A stretch of DNA of 46,454 bases from a virus. The translations under genes and the position numbers were made by a program. Shown one piece after another: positions 1-8,271 of the stretch. The notes under the pieces were generated by a model that worked only from the letters and a program-made list of their open reading frames with translations, was not told the DNA's origin and did no database searches. Numbering within the stretch: the first letter of the stretch is position 1; every line of letters begins with the position of its first letter. Location of the stretch: the IMG/VR virus record IMGVR_UViG_3300032421_000005, positions 1 to 46,454 of that record. One strand, 5' to 3'.

Positions 1-127
1 TATGTCTCCAATTCCGCCTTTTGCGCATCGAGACGGGACTTATCGAAACTCATGGCACCGGGAATGTCACCGGCCGCAACGTAGGTTGCCCTGGCCTTCA
101 CGGGATCGATGGTCCCCGTGTTAGGGT
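1..127. repeat. Terminal overlap, copy 1 (identical to 46328..46454); circular closure of the contig
   Basis: First 127 nt (tatgtctccaattccgcc...gtccccgtgttagggt) recur exactly as the last 127 nt of the window. Confidence 0.95.
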
Positions 128-341
128 CATATGCTTCGGAAAGCCCCGTCCGCACCTTCTCCGTACGGTCATATTCCTTGTCAGTGCGAGCATCGATCTT
201 GGCCTGCCGCTCTTCCGCGTGGTCCTGCCGTTCGATTTCCTTCGCGCGATACAAGTCCTCAAGCCGCTGCCGCTTCATCTGCTGATGCATGCCGAGCAGG
301 CCGGGGATGTCCACCTGCGTGATGCCGAAGGGGTTATCCAT
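1..341 (-). CDS. 5-prime part of a 242-aa coiled-coil virion (ejection-module) protein gene that continues across the circular junction into 45940..46327
   Basis: ATG at 341 (TGATG overlap with stop of 341..1159, GGAG upstream). Frame MDNPFGITQVDIPGLLGMHQQMKRQRLEDLYRAKEIERQ... stays open to base 1 and joins in frame, through the 127-nt overlap, the track ORF 45940..46428. Confidence 0.8.
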   Translation of the reverse strand, partial: MDNPFGITQVDIPGLLGMHQQMKRQRLEDLYRAKEIERQDHAEERQAKIDARTDKEYDRTEKVRTGLSEAYDPNTGTIDPVKARATYVAAGDIPGAMSFDKSRLDAQKAELET

Positions 342-1159
342 CAGTAGCTCCACTGCGGTGTGGAGCCACCGAATCCACCGCCCTGCTGATAGAGATAGAG
401 GCTCGCCAGATTGTTGACCGTGCCATTGATGGCCGAGCCCGTGTTCGCATAGGACGACGCACGCGCGTTTCCGGCCGCCGTCTGAGCAGCAGAAATCCCC
501 TGCGCCGCCTGTGCACCGGCTGCTGACGTTGCCTGCGTCGAGGTCTGACCAACCCCCGCCAGTGCAGCCAGCCGGTTCGCGTAGCTATCATATTCCGACG
601 ACGCGAGACCGTCAGCATAGCGCATCCGAGCCTTGTCCGCCGCTCCGCTGGTGAGCAGCCCCCGTGCCGCGCTGCTGCGGTCGATCGCCTTCAGCCCCTC
701 GTCACGGCGGAACTGATAGCCCGGTGTTTCCGTGAAGCCTCCGTAATCGCCACCCGCGCCGGGTTGGGATGTGTAGGGCGTCAAATCACGTCGCGAACCG
801 TCGTTCTTGTAGTGGAACTGCCCGAACGCTGTCAGGTCGTTGTTCCATTTCTGGCGCTCTGTGGGGTCGTTCTGCCATTGCGCCCATGCGTCAGGATTGC
901 CCTTGACATAAGCCTGCCAATCGACCGAGCCCCCGCCAGGGCCGGCACCAACGCCATAGAGGCCCGACAGCTTGTCGAGCGCACGATAACCAGTCTCCCG
1001 ATACGGAGTCTGATCCTCGCGCGTCGTGTCGTAGAAATAGCGCTGCGTCGCATCGGACATCTCAGCGCCGCGTTGCTGCGCTTTCGCCGCCTTGTTGCCA
1101 GAAATGACGGATGACGCACCGCCGATCAGCGCGGCTCCGCCGATAGCGACAGCTACCAT
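341..1159 (-). CDS. Membrane-anchored Gly/Ala/Gln-rich internal virion (ejection-type) protein, 272 aa
   Basis: ATG at 1159 preceded by GGGGGG. N-terminal TM helix MVAVAIGGAALIGGASSVISG and low-complexity C-terminus. Sits among ejection-module genes. Track start 1180 is a TTG. Confidence 0.75.
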   Translation of the reverse strand: MVAVAIGGAALIGGASSVISGNKAAKAQQRGAEMSDATQRYFYDTTREDQTPYRETGYRALDKLSGLYGVGAGPGGGSVDWQAYVKGNPDAWAQWQNDPTERQKWNNDLTAFGQFHYKNDGSRRDLTPYTSQPGAGGDYGGFTETPGYQFRRDEGLKAIDRSSAARGLLTSGAADKARMRYADGLASSEYDSYANRLAALAGVGQTSTQATSAAGAQAAQGISAAQTAAGNARASSYANTGSAINGTVNNLASLYLYQQGGGFGGSTPQWSY

Positions 1160-1617
1160 GATTCGCCCCCCAGCCAACAAGAGTAGAAGGTTTCGACTGG
1201 CTCAAAGCCGAGCCGCTGGAACAGGATCGAGGCATCCTGATGGACTTTCGACCCTACGAACATCCGCTGGACGCCGCGGCGCTGGGCCTCGGACTTCACC
1301 GCCTTGAACAGCTTGAGCCCAGCCGTGCCGTCGCGATATTCAGGCAGCACGCGGAATATATCGAGCGTGAGCGTCAGGCATGTCCGGTAATGCAGCGCAG
1401 GGCCGACAAAGCCGATGAAGTAGCCCGCCAGCTTGCCAGCTGAACGAAGCGTAACGAGCATGATCTCGCCCGCCGCATCCTTGGCGTCGTAAACCTCGTA
1501 CATCGGAGCGAGCGGAACCTTATCCTTGTTCAGGGCAAGTTCCTCCCAATGAGCCGGATACAACTCCATCAATTCGCCGATGCAGTCGGCATAGGGTTCG
1601 ACTTGCGCCGTCAGCAC
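1153..1617 (-). CDS. GNAT-family N-acetyltransferase, about 154 aa
   Basis: GNAT-like core ...IMLVTLRSAGKLAGYFIGFVGP...EAQRRGVQRMFVGSKVHQDASILFQRLGF. Likely GTG start at 1617 overlapping the stop of 1611..2150. The N-terminal 28 aa of the 182-aa track ORF are Arg-rich filler. Confidence 0.75.
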   Translation of the reverse strand: MLTAQVEPYADCIGELMELYPAHWEELALNKDKVPLAPMYEVYDAKDAAGEIMLVTLRSAGKLAGYFIGFVGPALHYRTCLTLTLDIFRVLPEYRDGTAGLKLFKAVKSEAQRRGVQRMFVGSKVHQDASILFQRLGFEPVETFYSCWLGGESW

Positions 1618-2150
1618 GACCGAATGTCCACGATCAGGACGATGCGATCGTCTGCGGAGTTGTTCGTGACCTTGTGGGGCGCGCGGTTGTTCACCATCCA
1701 CAACTCGCCCATACGGAAGTTGATCACCTCCCCTCCGCTCTCGAATAGAGCGCCCGGCAGGGATTGCAGGGCGAGCTGGTAACGCGTGTAATAGGTGGCC
1801 GGCGCGCCTTCATCGACGTGCTCGGGGATGCACTTGCCAGGGGCGAGGCGCGTGATCAGGACGCGGCCAAGGCGCACCCCCTCGACCCGACGCATGATGT
1901 CGAACACATAGGAGCGCACCTGCGGGATTTCGTACCACGCGCGATAGGGAATGACGGTCAGATCATCGACAACCGCCGCAGGGTCGCTCGGGTCGTTGAA
2001 CCAGACCCATATGTCATCGACTTCCTTGTGCGGGCTGTCGGGGTGCGTCGTGCGAAGCGTGTTCTCGTTCCACAGGTCGTCATGCACCGCCAACGCATTG
2101 AGCAGCGGGATTACGTCCACACCTTCAGCGATCTTCTGGAAGTTACGCAT
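1611..2150 (-). CDS. Cupin-fold 2-oxoglutarate/Fe(II)-type oxygenase, aspartyl/asparaginyl beta-hydroxylase-like, 179 aa
   Basis: HxD...H triad context LAPGKCIPEHVDEG ... NNRAPHKVTN. ATG at 2150 with GAGGG upstream. Family assigned from motif memory only. Confidence 0.7.
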   Translation of the reverse strand: MRNFQKIAEGVDVIPLLNALAVHDDLWNENTLRTTHPDSPHKEVDDIWVWFNDPSDPAAVVDDLTVIPYRAWYEIPQVRSYVFDIMRRVEGVRLGRVLITRLAPGKCIPEHVDEGAPATYYTRYQLALQSLPGALFESGGEVINFRMGELWMVNNRAPHKVTNNSADDRIVLIVDIRSC

Positions 2151-2155
2151 TCGCC

Positions 2156-2186
2156 CTCAGACAGATTGAAAGATCGTCTGTCTGAG
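2156..2186 (-). promoter_or_regulatory. Perfect 10-bp-stem hairpin abutting the ribosome-binding site of the hydroxylase gene
   Basis: ctcagacaga (2156-2165) pairs with tctgtctgag (2177-2186), 11-nt loop. On the mRNA strand the 3-prime arm reads TCTGTCTGAG-GGCGA-ATG (start 2150). Confidence 0.5.
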
Positions 2187-2265
2187 TGGACGGCGGCCCG
2201 ATCATGCCACCAGCGCGGGAGCGCCCCGCTGAACGATTAGCACAAGGTGGAGACCAAGGGAAGGC

Positions 2266-3477
2266 TTACAAAATCTGATAGGTGAAGTGAAAGAACATCG
2301 CGTTATTGCCGGTGTCAGCGGTCGGGCAGGTCATCTGCGCGCGGTCATTCGTGGAATCCCCAAGGATCGCGCCCGACTGCCCCGCTATAGCGAGCGCAAC
2401 AGCCGTACCGGCGCATTGCTCCCCGCTGGTCAGGTTCGACGCGATCGGCAGAGAAATCCCGATCTTGGTGCTCGTTGCTGCGGCGGTCGCGTCAATATCG
2501 ATACGCCCGGAAACGGTGACGGTATTTCCGACCCGGAGATATTGGCAGGCATAGGCGGTTGATGCGTCAAGATTGGCAACGTGGGTGAGCGTCGGGGTGT
2601 AGGTTCCATAGCTAAGGGTGGGAATCGTGTTGCCGGATGCGGCGGTCAGCCTCCCCTGCGCGTCCACCGTGAAGCTTGGCACGCTCGTGGCGCTGCCATA
2701 GGAGCCGGCAGAAACGGCCGTGTTAGCCAGATTCAGTGTGCGATCCGCTGCAATCGTGCCGCCGCCGCTCAACCCGGTCCCGGCTAAGACCGAAACGGCG
2801 GAATGATCGACGTTGCGAGATGAGGCCGTGTCCAACGCCACATCATTCGCATTGACCGTGATCCCCGCTCCAGCGCCCACGTCCAGCGTGCGAGTAGCGG
2901 AGATGTCCCCGCCACCGGTTAGGCCAGCTCCAGCAGTAATAGTGACGCCTGCATGGTCCGTGTTGCGCGTGCTCGTGGTGTCCAAGGCCACGTCATTGGC
3001 GTTTACGGTAATCCCCGTTCCGGCGCCGACATCGAATGTCCGGTTGGCGGTCAGATCGCCGCCCCCTGTTAAGCCCGCACCGGCAGTCAGAACCAACGAC
3101 GAAGCCGCCGCCCCGATCGCCGCTGGTGTGATCGTGACATTCGCCGCCGCCGTAAGCTGCCCCCGTGCGTTGACCGTGAAGCTAGCCACCTGCGACGCGC
3201 TTCCATAACTGGCCGCCGTCACGCCAGTGGATGCAATGGCCACAGTCAGGGTGCTTACCCCGCTTGTGAAGCTGAGCCCTACTCCTTGGGTTAGAACCTT
3301 GTCGTTGAGAAGCGCGGTGGTGGGCGAATAGCTGAGATATGGCGCGGACTGGAGTTGCGCGATTATATCGCTGCCGATCTCCTTTTGAACCGCCGCGAAA
3401 AAGCGATACCAGACAGGGTTGGTTGATCCGCTTGGGAGCGTAAGCGGTGTGTCCGGTGGATTGATCGCAAAGCTCAC
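2266..3477 (-). CDS. Tail fibre protein, 403 aa, with internal 50-aa tandem repeats
   Basis: GTG start at 3477 (GTGA overlap with hub gene stop). Repeats AGAGLTGGGD(L/I)..RT(F/L)DVGAG.GITVNANDVALDT. Ser/Thr/Gly/Ala-rich. C-terminal knob-like domain SYGTYTPTLTHVANL...YLRVGNTVTVSG. Confidence 0.85.
   Translation of the reverse strand: MSFAINPPDTPLTLPSGSTNPVWYRFFAAVQKEIGSDIIAQLQSAPYLSYSPTTALLNDKVLTQGVGLSFTSGVSTLTVAIASTGVTAASYGSASQVASFTVNARGQLTAAANVTITPAAIGAAASSLVLTAGAGLTGGGDLTANRTFDVGAGTGITVNANDVALDTTSTRNTDHAGVTITAGAGLTGGGDISATRTLDVGAGAGITVNANDVALDTASSRNVDHSAVSVLAGTGLSGGGTIAADRTLNLANTAVSAGSYGSATSVPSFTVDAQGRLTAASGNTIPTLSYGTYTPTLTHVANLDASTAYACQYLRVGNTVTVSGRIDIDATAAATSTKIGISLPIASNLTSGEQCAGTAVALAIAGQSGAILGDSTNDRAQMTCPTADTGNNAMFFHFTYQIL
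2728..3087 (-). repeat. Intragenic tandem repeat, 150-bp unit, about 2.4 copies (aa 131-250 of the fibre)
   Basis: aa 131-180 and 181-230 are near-identical and aa 231-250 is a partial third copy. The DNA copies are diverged at wobble positions. Confidence 0.85.
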
Positions 3478-4832
3478 CGAACGTCAGCCCGGTAGCCCAG
3501 AACCATCTTCCGCACCGGGTCAGTGAAGACGAACCTAAGCTGGCGCTGGACGAAATCCCCCAGCGGTCCCCATGTCGGCCGCGTCGTATATTCGCCGATC
3601 GCGCCCATCGAGCGCCACATTTCGTTGGACCAGTTGCGCCCCCCATCGTCTGAATAGGTGAGCATCACCTGCGGGTCGCTGCCCTGCCCGCTGTTCAACC
3701 CGACGCCGGTCTCGCAGAGTAGTTCGAGCTCGTACATCGTGCGGCGGATGCCATCGCCGGATTCGATCGTCGGCGGCTCGATCGTGACGGAGATAGTCTC
3801 CCCATTCTCGTCATAGGCATCGAGATCGGGCGTGTAGAGCTTGCCGGTGAAGGCATCGGAGAGGATGGTTTGGCTGTAAGCGCTGTCCGCGCCGCCGACG
3901 CGCCAATTATCCATCGCCCAGCTCTGGCGCTGATGCCATGTGCCGGTCGCCATATCATAGCAGAACGTCCCGGCATCGCTGGCGAGACAGTAGAATTTAT
4001 GCCCTTCCTGCGTGTAGGTGAACGCCCGCACATAGGTTGCAGCACGCAATTGATATTCAATCGAGTGCGTGGAAACCCTGACGGGGCTGTACCCCTCCAG
4101 ACGGTAAATAATCCGGTCGTCGCCGCAGAAATGAACGCTGTTATCGACTTTAACGAGGCTGTCGCGGTCGAAACACCCCCGTTCTATGAAGGCGTTGCCC
4201 TGCCTCTCGAACGGAAAATCAGCCGCCCCGCTATTATACCAGATTTCTATCGTTTCAGTGCCGTAGAGGTGCAGTTCTCTATGGTCGTTGACGATGCCAA
4301 CCAGCCCATCCGGCGCGCCTTCAACCGTCGCCACATCGAGAATATCGTAGGTGAGCCCGTCATTCGGCGCGGAAATAATAAATTGCCCGACGCCAACCAG
4401 CGCCCACACAAAATAGCTGTCGAAATAAACCACATCGAGCACTGCGGGGAGAACTGCGGGGATCTGAACCGAGCCGCCGGAATAAACATACCCAATATTT
4501 TCCGCCGCAATAGCGAGTTCGGTCCCATTATCGGCCATGCGGACCAGATCAACGCCAGGCACAGAGCCAAGCGACGATGCAACCCCCGCGCTGTTTACGC
4601 TGTAAAGGCTCGTCCCAACGACAGCATAAAGCACGCCGCCCATCGTATGGGTCCCGCGAATTGGATAGGTTGAAATATTAGCGAATAAAACCAAGCCAGG
4701 CGTGGCCATGACCGCGAAATCATCGCGCTTGTCGCCATCGGCCTTTTCCGAGAAGCAATTAACGAGGCGCGCCCCGCTCCAAGGCTTCGATCGGCCCTCG
4801 CTATACTGGAGTGCCGGCTTGAGCTTTTGCAT
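3474..4832 (-). CDS. P22 gp10-like tail hub / packaged-DNA stabilisation protein, 452 aa
   Basis: Size, position after the adaptor-like gene and C-terminal pattern ...TYSDDGGRNWSNE...RQLRFVFTDPVRKMVLGYRADVR resemble P22 gp10 as I recall it. ATG at 4832 (TGATG overlap); track start 4850 is a TTG. Confidence 0.7.
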   Translation of the reverse strand: MQKLKPALQYSEGRSKPWSGARLVNCFSEKADGDKRDDFAVMATPGLVLFANISTYPIRGTHTMGGVLYAVVGTSLYSVNSAGVASSLGSVPGVDLVRMADNGTELAIAAENIGYVYSGGSVQIPAVLPAVLDVVYFDSYFVWALVGVGQFIISAPNDGLTYDILDVATVEGAPDGLVGIVNDHRELHLYGTETIEIWYNSGAADFPFERQGNAFIERGCFDRDSLVKVDNSVHFCGDDRIIYRLEGYSPVRVSTHSIEYQLRAATYVRAFTYTQEGHKFYCLASDAGTFCYDMATGTWHQRQSWAMDNWRVGGADSAYSQTILSDAFTGKLYTPDLDAYDENGETISVTIEPPTIESGDGIRRTMYELELLCETGVGLNSGQGSDPQVMLTYSDDGGRNWSNEMWRSMGAIGEYTTRPTWGPLGDFVQRQLRFVFTDPVRKMVLGYRADVR

Positions 4833-5542
4833 CAGCTCTGGCCCTGACAATCCGGCTGCAAATAAATACTTGCAGGCTCGTCATCCCAGCCCGCCAGATC
4901 GGCATAGAGTTCCATCGCCCGCTTTTCGATTTTGAGCGCCAGCCGCGCATCGTTGACCGGATATTCCGGCTCCAGGTCGTTCGCGAGCGCCCATGTCAGG
5001 GCTTGCAGCCATTCCTGCGGGAGATCGGCGTCGTTGTTCGATGCGTCGAAATCGTTGATCCGGCGCAGATAGGTGACGTTGAGCGTCTGGGCCGCGGCTA
5101 TGGCCGTCGAAGGGATAGGCCACACGTAGAGCGTGCCCGTGGCCTGCTGCGGGTCGTAATAAAAGCTGACCGGGGTTCCTTCGCTCGCCTTGTTGGGCGT
5201 GTCGAAATATTCCTGCCGACTCATCTCGTAGAGTGGGGTTTCGAGGCCGCCGCTCGTCACCTTGCGCCGCACCGAAAGGACACGGCCAGGCTTGACGCTG
5301 AACAACGTCGCCAGCGCGTAGGTGGCCTGGCTGGTCACCAGTGTCACCGACCCTTCAGTGCGCGTCCAAAGATGCTCTCTGGCGCCCCACGTCTTTACCA
5401 ACAGGTTGAGCGACAGCATCCCGTCTGCGGTTTGCCGGGCGGAAAGCGCCCGCCCCTCACTCAGCTTGCCGAGCAGGGCGAACGCCTTGTTGACGATCTC
5501 GTTCGCCACCATGTTGAAATTGGTCGAGCCGGATACCGTCAC
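4832..5542 (-). CDS. Head-to-tail adaptor-like structural protein, 236 aa
   Basis: GTG start at 5542 (GTGA overlap). Lies between head genes and the hub gene. Function inferred from position only. Confidence 0.7.
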   Translation of the reverse strand: MTVSGSTNFNMVANEIVNKAFALLGKLSEGRALSARQTADGMLSLNLLVKTWGAREHLWTRTEGSVTLVTSQATYALATLFSVKPGRVLSVRRKVTSGGLETPLYEMSRQEYFDTPNKASEGTPVSFYYDPQQATGTLYVWPIPSTAIAAAQTLNVTYLRRINDFDASNNDADLPQEWLQALTWALANDLEPEYPVNDARLALKIEKRAMELYADLAGWDDEPASIYLQPDCQGQS

Positions 5543-5706
5543 GATGGCACCTCGCCATCAGCAAGAACCGGCGGCCATTTATTGCGCTTTATGGCGGCGG
5601 CCAGTTTCGTGTCGGCGATGGCTTCGGCAAGCGGGATCGAGCGGAGCACACCCGTTTCGTCAACCAGCTCGTAGGCATCACCGTTGCGGCGGCCGCGCAC
5701 GCTCAT
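5539..5706 (-). CDS. Small hypothetical protein, 55 aa (not in ORF track)
   Basis: ATG at 5706 (TGATG overlap with stop of 5706..5999) and TGA at 5539-5541 overlapping the GTG of the next gene. MSVRGRRNGDAYELVDETGVLRSIPLAEAIADTKLAAAIKRNKWPPVLADGEVPS. Confidence 0.5.
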   Translation of the reverse strand: MSVRGRRNGDAYELVDETGVLRSIPLAEAIADTKLAAAIKRNKWPPVLADGEVPS

Positions 5707-5999
5707 CAGAGATCTTCCGGCCTAACGGGCAGGACGCCATCCTCAGTTATCAAGGGCTGGCCGTCTTCCGTGAGCAGGGCGACGCCGCCCTCGGTCGTGA
5801 ATGTCTGGGCGATAAACACATCAGCCGCCTCGGGCCTCGTGAACGGGAGCCGCTGCTTGTCAGCAACGCCGCGCACGAAATCCTGCGGGTGGCGATGATC
5901 CAGAAAGCGGCGATGAACCATCGCGCCGTCCCACTGCTTCACCAGTTCCTCAAGCGGGTACTTGAAGCCAGATCGGTCGCAGATGCCGACGCCGGGCAT
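5706..5999 (-). CDS. Hypothetical structural-module protein, 97 aa
   Basis: ATG at 5999 overlapping the TAA of the upstream gene by 1 nt. Protein-like composition (CDRSGFKYPLEELVKQWDG...RHPQDF). Confidence 0.7.
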   Translation of the reverse strand: MPGVGICDRSGFKYPLEELVKQWDGAMVHRRFLDHRHPQDFVRGVADKQRLPFTRPEAADVFIAQTFTTEGGVALLTEDGQPLITEDGVLPVRPEDL

Positions 6000-6256
6000 T
6001 AGTAGTACGCAACCACATCCGCAGCGGTCGTGCCGTTCGCGGTGCTGTATATCTTGGAAATCTGATGCCCATGATCGACGCCAGCGACGCGGTTCTTGAG
6101 CGTGATGGCCGTCGCGCCCCCGACGTAATCAACCTTCACGTCGCCAGCGGTGCCAACCGTGAAGCCACGGCAGCCAGCTGCCAAGGACGTGTCAGCCGCC
6201 AAGTTGATGGCGACCGCATTATGCGCGCTCGAAATATCGGTGCTGCGTCCAGCCAT
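5999..6256 (-). CDS. Hypothetical small structural protein, 85 aa
   Basis: ATG at 6256 with GAGGTGG 5 nt upstream; in-operon position. Confidence 0.7.
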   Translation of the reverse strand: MAGRSTDISSAHNAVAINLAADTSLAAGCRGFTVGTAGDVKVDYVGGATAITLKNRVAGVDHGHQISKIYSTANGTTAADVVAYY

Positions 6257-6301
6257 GTTACCACCTCAAAAGGTAGCGGGGACCGAAGCCCCCGCCGGTT
6301 A

Positions 6302-7267
6302 TCAGGAGTCAGCAGCCGGCAGAAGGTAGCCAGATGCGCCAGCCACGCCCGATGCGTAGTTGTTGAACGTGCCGAGACCAGCCGATGCCGTGATCAGTAG
6401 TTCGGCCGCCGTGTCCGCATGCTGCGCGAAGTTGTCGGCGACGATGCCCGTCAGCGTCGAACCATCGGTGTGCAGCAGGATCGCGCCCGTCGCCGTGTCG
6501 GTGTTGAGCCGGTAAACGATGTTCCGGCGCATATCGAGCGAAGTCACGATCTTGCCGTTGGCGATCGTCATCAGCGCGGCGTTGTTGTTCAGCACGCCAA
6601 GGTTGACGTAATTGCCGAACATCTGGACATCGGCGTTCGTGCCGTCGAGCTTGACCATGCTCTTGGTCGCAAGATCCGGCTCGATCCACTTGTTGTTGAT
6701 CAGCGCCAGACCGTCCGCGTTCGCCGTTGTGGCGTCGGTATCGACCACCCACAGGAAGTTCATGTTGGCGGCGGTCGCCTTGATGTAGCAATCCTCCACC
6801 GTGAAATACTTCGCCGTGGTGAGGGTGAACACCGACACGATGTCCGCGAAATTCGCCGTGAAGATGATGTTCTTGAAGGCGATGTTCGCAGCGGTCACGC
6901 CGATCGTCGCCGTGGTCGCCGTGTCGAACGTGAACGTCGGGCGCAGCGAGCCCGAGCCCAGGCCGATGATCGCCACGCCAGCAACATCCGCCGCAACCGC
7001 AGTCGCGGTGCTGATCGTCTCAGCATGGCCCGGCTTGATCAGGATGATGTCGCCACGGCTCGCGGTGCACTGGCCGATCGCATAATCGAGCGTGCCAAAC
7101 GGGCTTTCAAAGGTGCCCTTATTGCCGTCTGAGCCGCCGCGCTGGCCGGGCTGGAGCGTGGTCGCGTTCGAGACCCAAAACACCTTGCCGGGATGAGTCT
7201 GGATGACAGGAACACCGCGAAGCGTGATCCCGTCCTTGAAGCCTTGGGGAAAATTCGTGATGGCCAT
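6302..7267 (-). CDS. Right-handed beta-helix (pectate-lyase-fold-like) virion protein, 321 aa; possible depolymerase or head/tail appendage
   Basis: ATG at 7267 with GGAGA upstream. N-terminus MAITNFPQGFKDGITLRGVP...GKVFWV...GTFESPFGTLDYAIGQCTASRGDIILIKPGH, followed by repetitive beta-strand pattern. Confidence 0.7.
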   Translation of the reverse strand: MAITNFPQGFKDGITLRGVPVIQTHPGKVFWVSNATTLQPGQRGGSDGNKGTFESPFGTLDYAIGQCTASRGDIILIKPGHAETISTATAVAADVAGVAIIGLGSGSLRPTFTFDTATTATIGVTAANIAFKNIIFTANFADIVSVFTLTTAKYFTVEDCYIKATAANMNFLWVVDTDATTANADGLALINNKWIEPDLATKSMVKLDGTNADVQMFGNYVNLGVLNNNAALMTIANGKIVTSLDMRRNIVYRLNTDTATGAILLHTDGSTLTGIVADNFAQHADTAAELLITASAGLGTFNNYASGVAGASGYLLPAADS

Positions 7268-7355
7268 TTCAAATCTCCGGGGCGCATCGCCCATTCGAAC
7301 GAATGCCAAAGGCGTTGAAACCTCGGGCCAGAAAGTCCGCAGAGACAGAAAACGA

Positions 7356-7413
7356 GGCTCCTAGGACATTCGGCGAGTGCGAACACTCAGCGTCGAACAG
7401 GTGTCTAGGAGCC
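7356..7413 (-). terminator. Candidate intrinsic terminator/structured element downstream of the nuclease gene
   Basis: 9-bp stem ggctcctag (7356-7364) / ctaggagcc (7405-7413) enclosing an inner GAGTG-TTCG-CACTC hairpin. On the mRNA strand it is followed by TCGTTTTCTG. Confidence 0.4.
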
Positions 7414-7434
7414 CGACAGGCGCACTATAGGTGA

Positions 7435-8241
7435 TTAGGTCGTCTCGGGCAATGCATGTTTTTCGAGGTAGGCAATTGCAGCGCGAAGAAGGGATGGATC
7501 GTCGCGGAATGATCCGAGGCCTGTGTTACAGCCAGTGCACAGCAGCGCACGCACAACACCAGCCCTATGGCAATGGTCTACCGCCAACGTTATTTTATTG
7601 CCCCTTATCACGTTATTCTCTTCATTCCCGCAAATCGCGCAGCGATGATGCTGGGCAGAGGCCATCTCAGTGTATTGTTTGCTAGATAACCCATACCGGT
7701 GTTTCAACCAGTATCCGCGGAAGGCCTCTTTGCGCACCGCTCGATAAACCTTCTGTGCGCGGTTCATATAAGTGCGCTCGTCCTCGCCTTCGACCCTTTC
7801 CGTGACCGCTCGTTTCCAAACATAATTCTCAGGGCCAATGGGTAACTTATCGTTAGCCGCGAATAGCTTGTGTTTCGGACTAGGCCGAGCGCCCACGTCG
7901 GCAACGAATTGGAGAAAATCATCAGCCCATACCGAATCAACGGCATGCTGCGACCGATGGCGTCGCATGTACGCCCATGAATTAAAAAGTGGATGCTTGT
8001 GCTTAGCGCCCCAACTGTCAGGCCGCGTCTGTTCGGTATGGCCGTGCCTCTCTAGGCGCTTCCTATGAAGGTCGCACATGCCATTCGAAACGACAGGTTT
8101 GCCGCAATCGTCGATGTGACAGAATGACCGACTGCGTTCCGCATAATCCGTCGTGCCGCGCTTCTGCCACCGTTGATAGCAGGCGCCACATAACCCGCGC
8201 GCAGCGATTCTTATTTCGCGATGACAGACTGAACAAGACAT
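7435..8241 (-). CDS. Free-standing endonuclease VII-family / HNH-associated zinc-finger nuclease (homing-endonuclease-like), 268 aa
   Basis: C-terminal CAICG...LAVDHCHRAGVVRALLCTGCNTGLG (EndoVII signature). N-terminal repeats GLCGACYQRWQKRG and GMCDLHRKRLERHG. Visibly lower GC than flanks; interrupts the capsid-to-tail gene series. Confidence 0.85.
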   Translation of the reverse strand: MSCSVCHREIRIAARGLCGACYQRWQKRGTTDYAERSRSFCHIDDCGKPVVSNGMCDLHRKRLERHGHTEQTRPDSWGAKHKHPLFNSWAYMRRHRSQHAVDSVWADDFLQFVADVGARPSPKHKLFAANDKLPIGPENYVWKRAVTERVEGEDERTYMNRAQKVYRAVRKEAFRGYWLKHRYGLSSKQYTEMASAQHHRCAICGNEENNVIRGNKITLAVDHCHRAGVVRALLCTGCNTGLGSFRDDPSLLRAAIAYLEKHALPETT

Positions 8242-8271
8242 AGGGCGCTCCCACTGTTGTGAGAACGCCCT
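8242..8271 (-). promoter_or_regulatory. 11-bp-stem hairpin immediately upstream of the nuclease start codon, containing its Shine-Dalgarno
   Basis: mRNA strand AGGGCGTTCTC-ACAACAGT-GGGAGCGCCCT directly followed by ATG (8241). GGGAG lies in the 3-prime arm. Confidence 0.55.
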
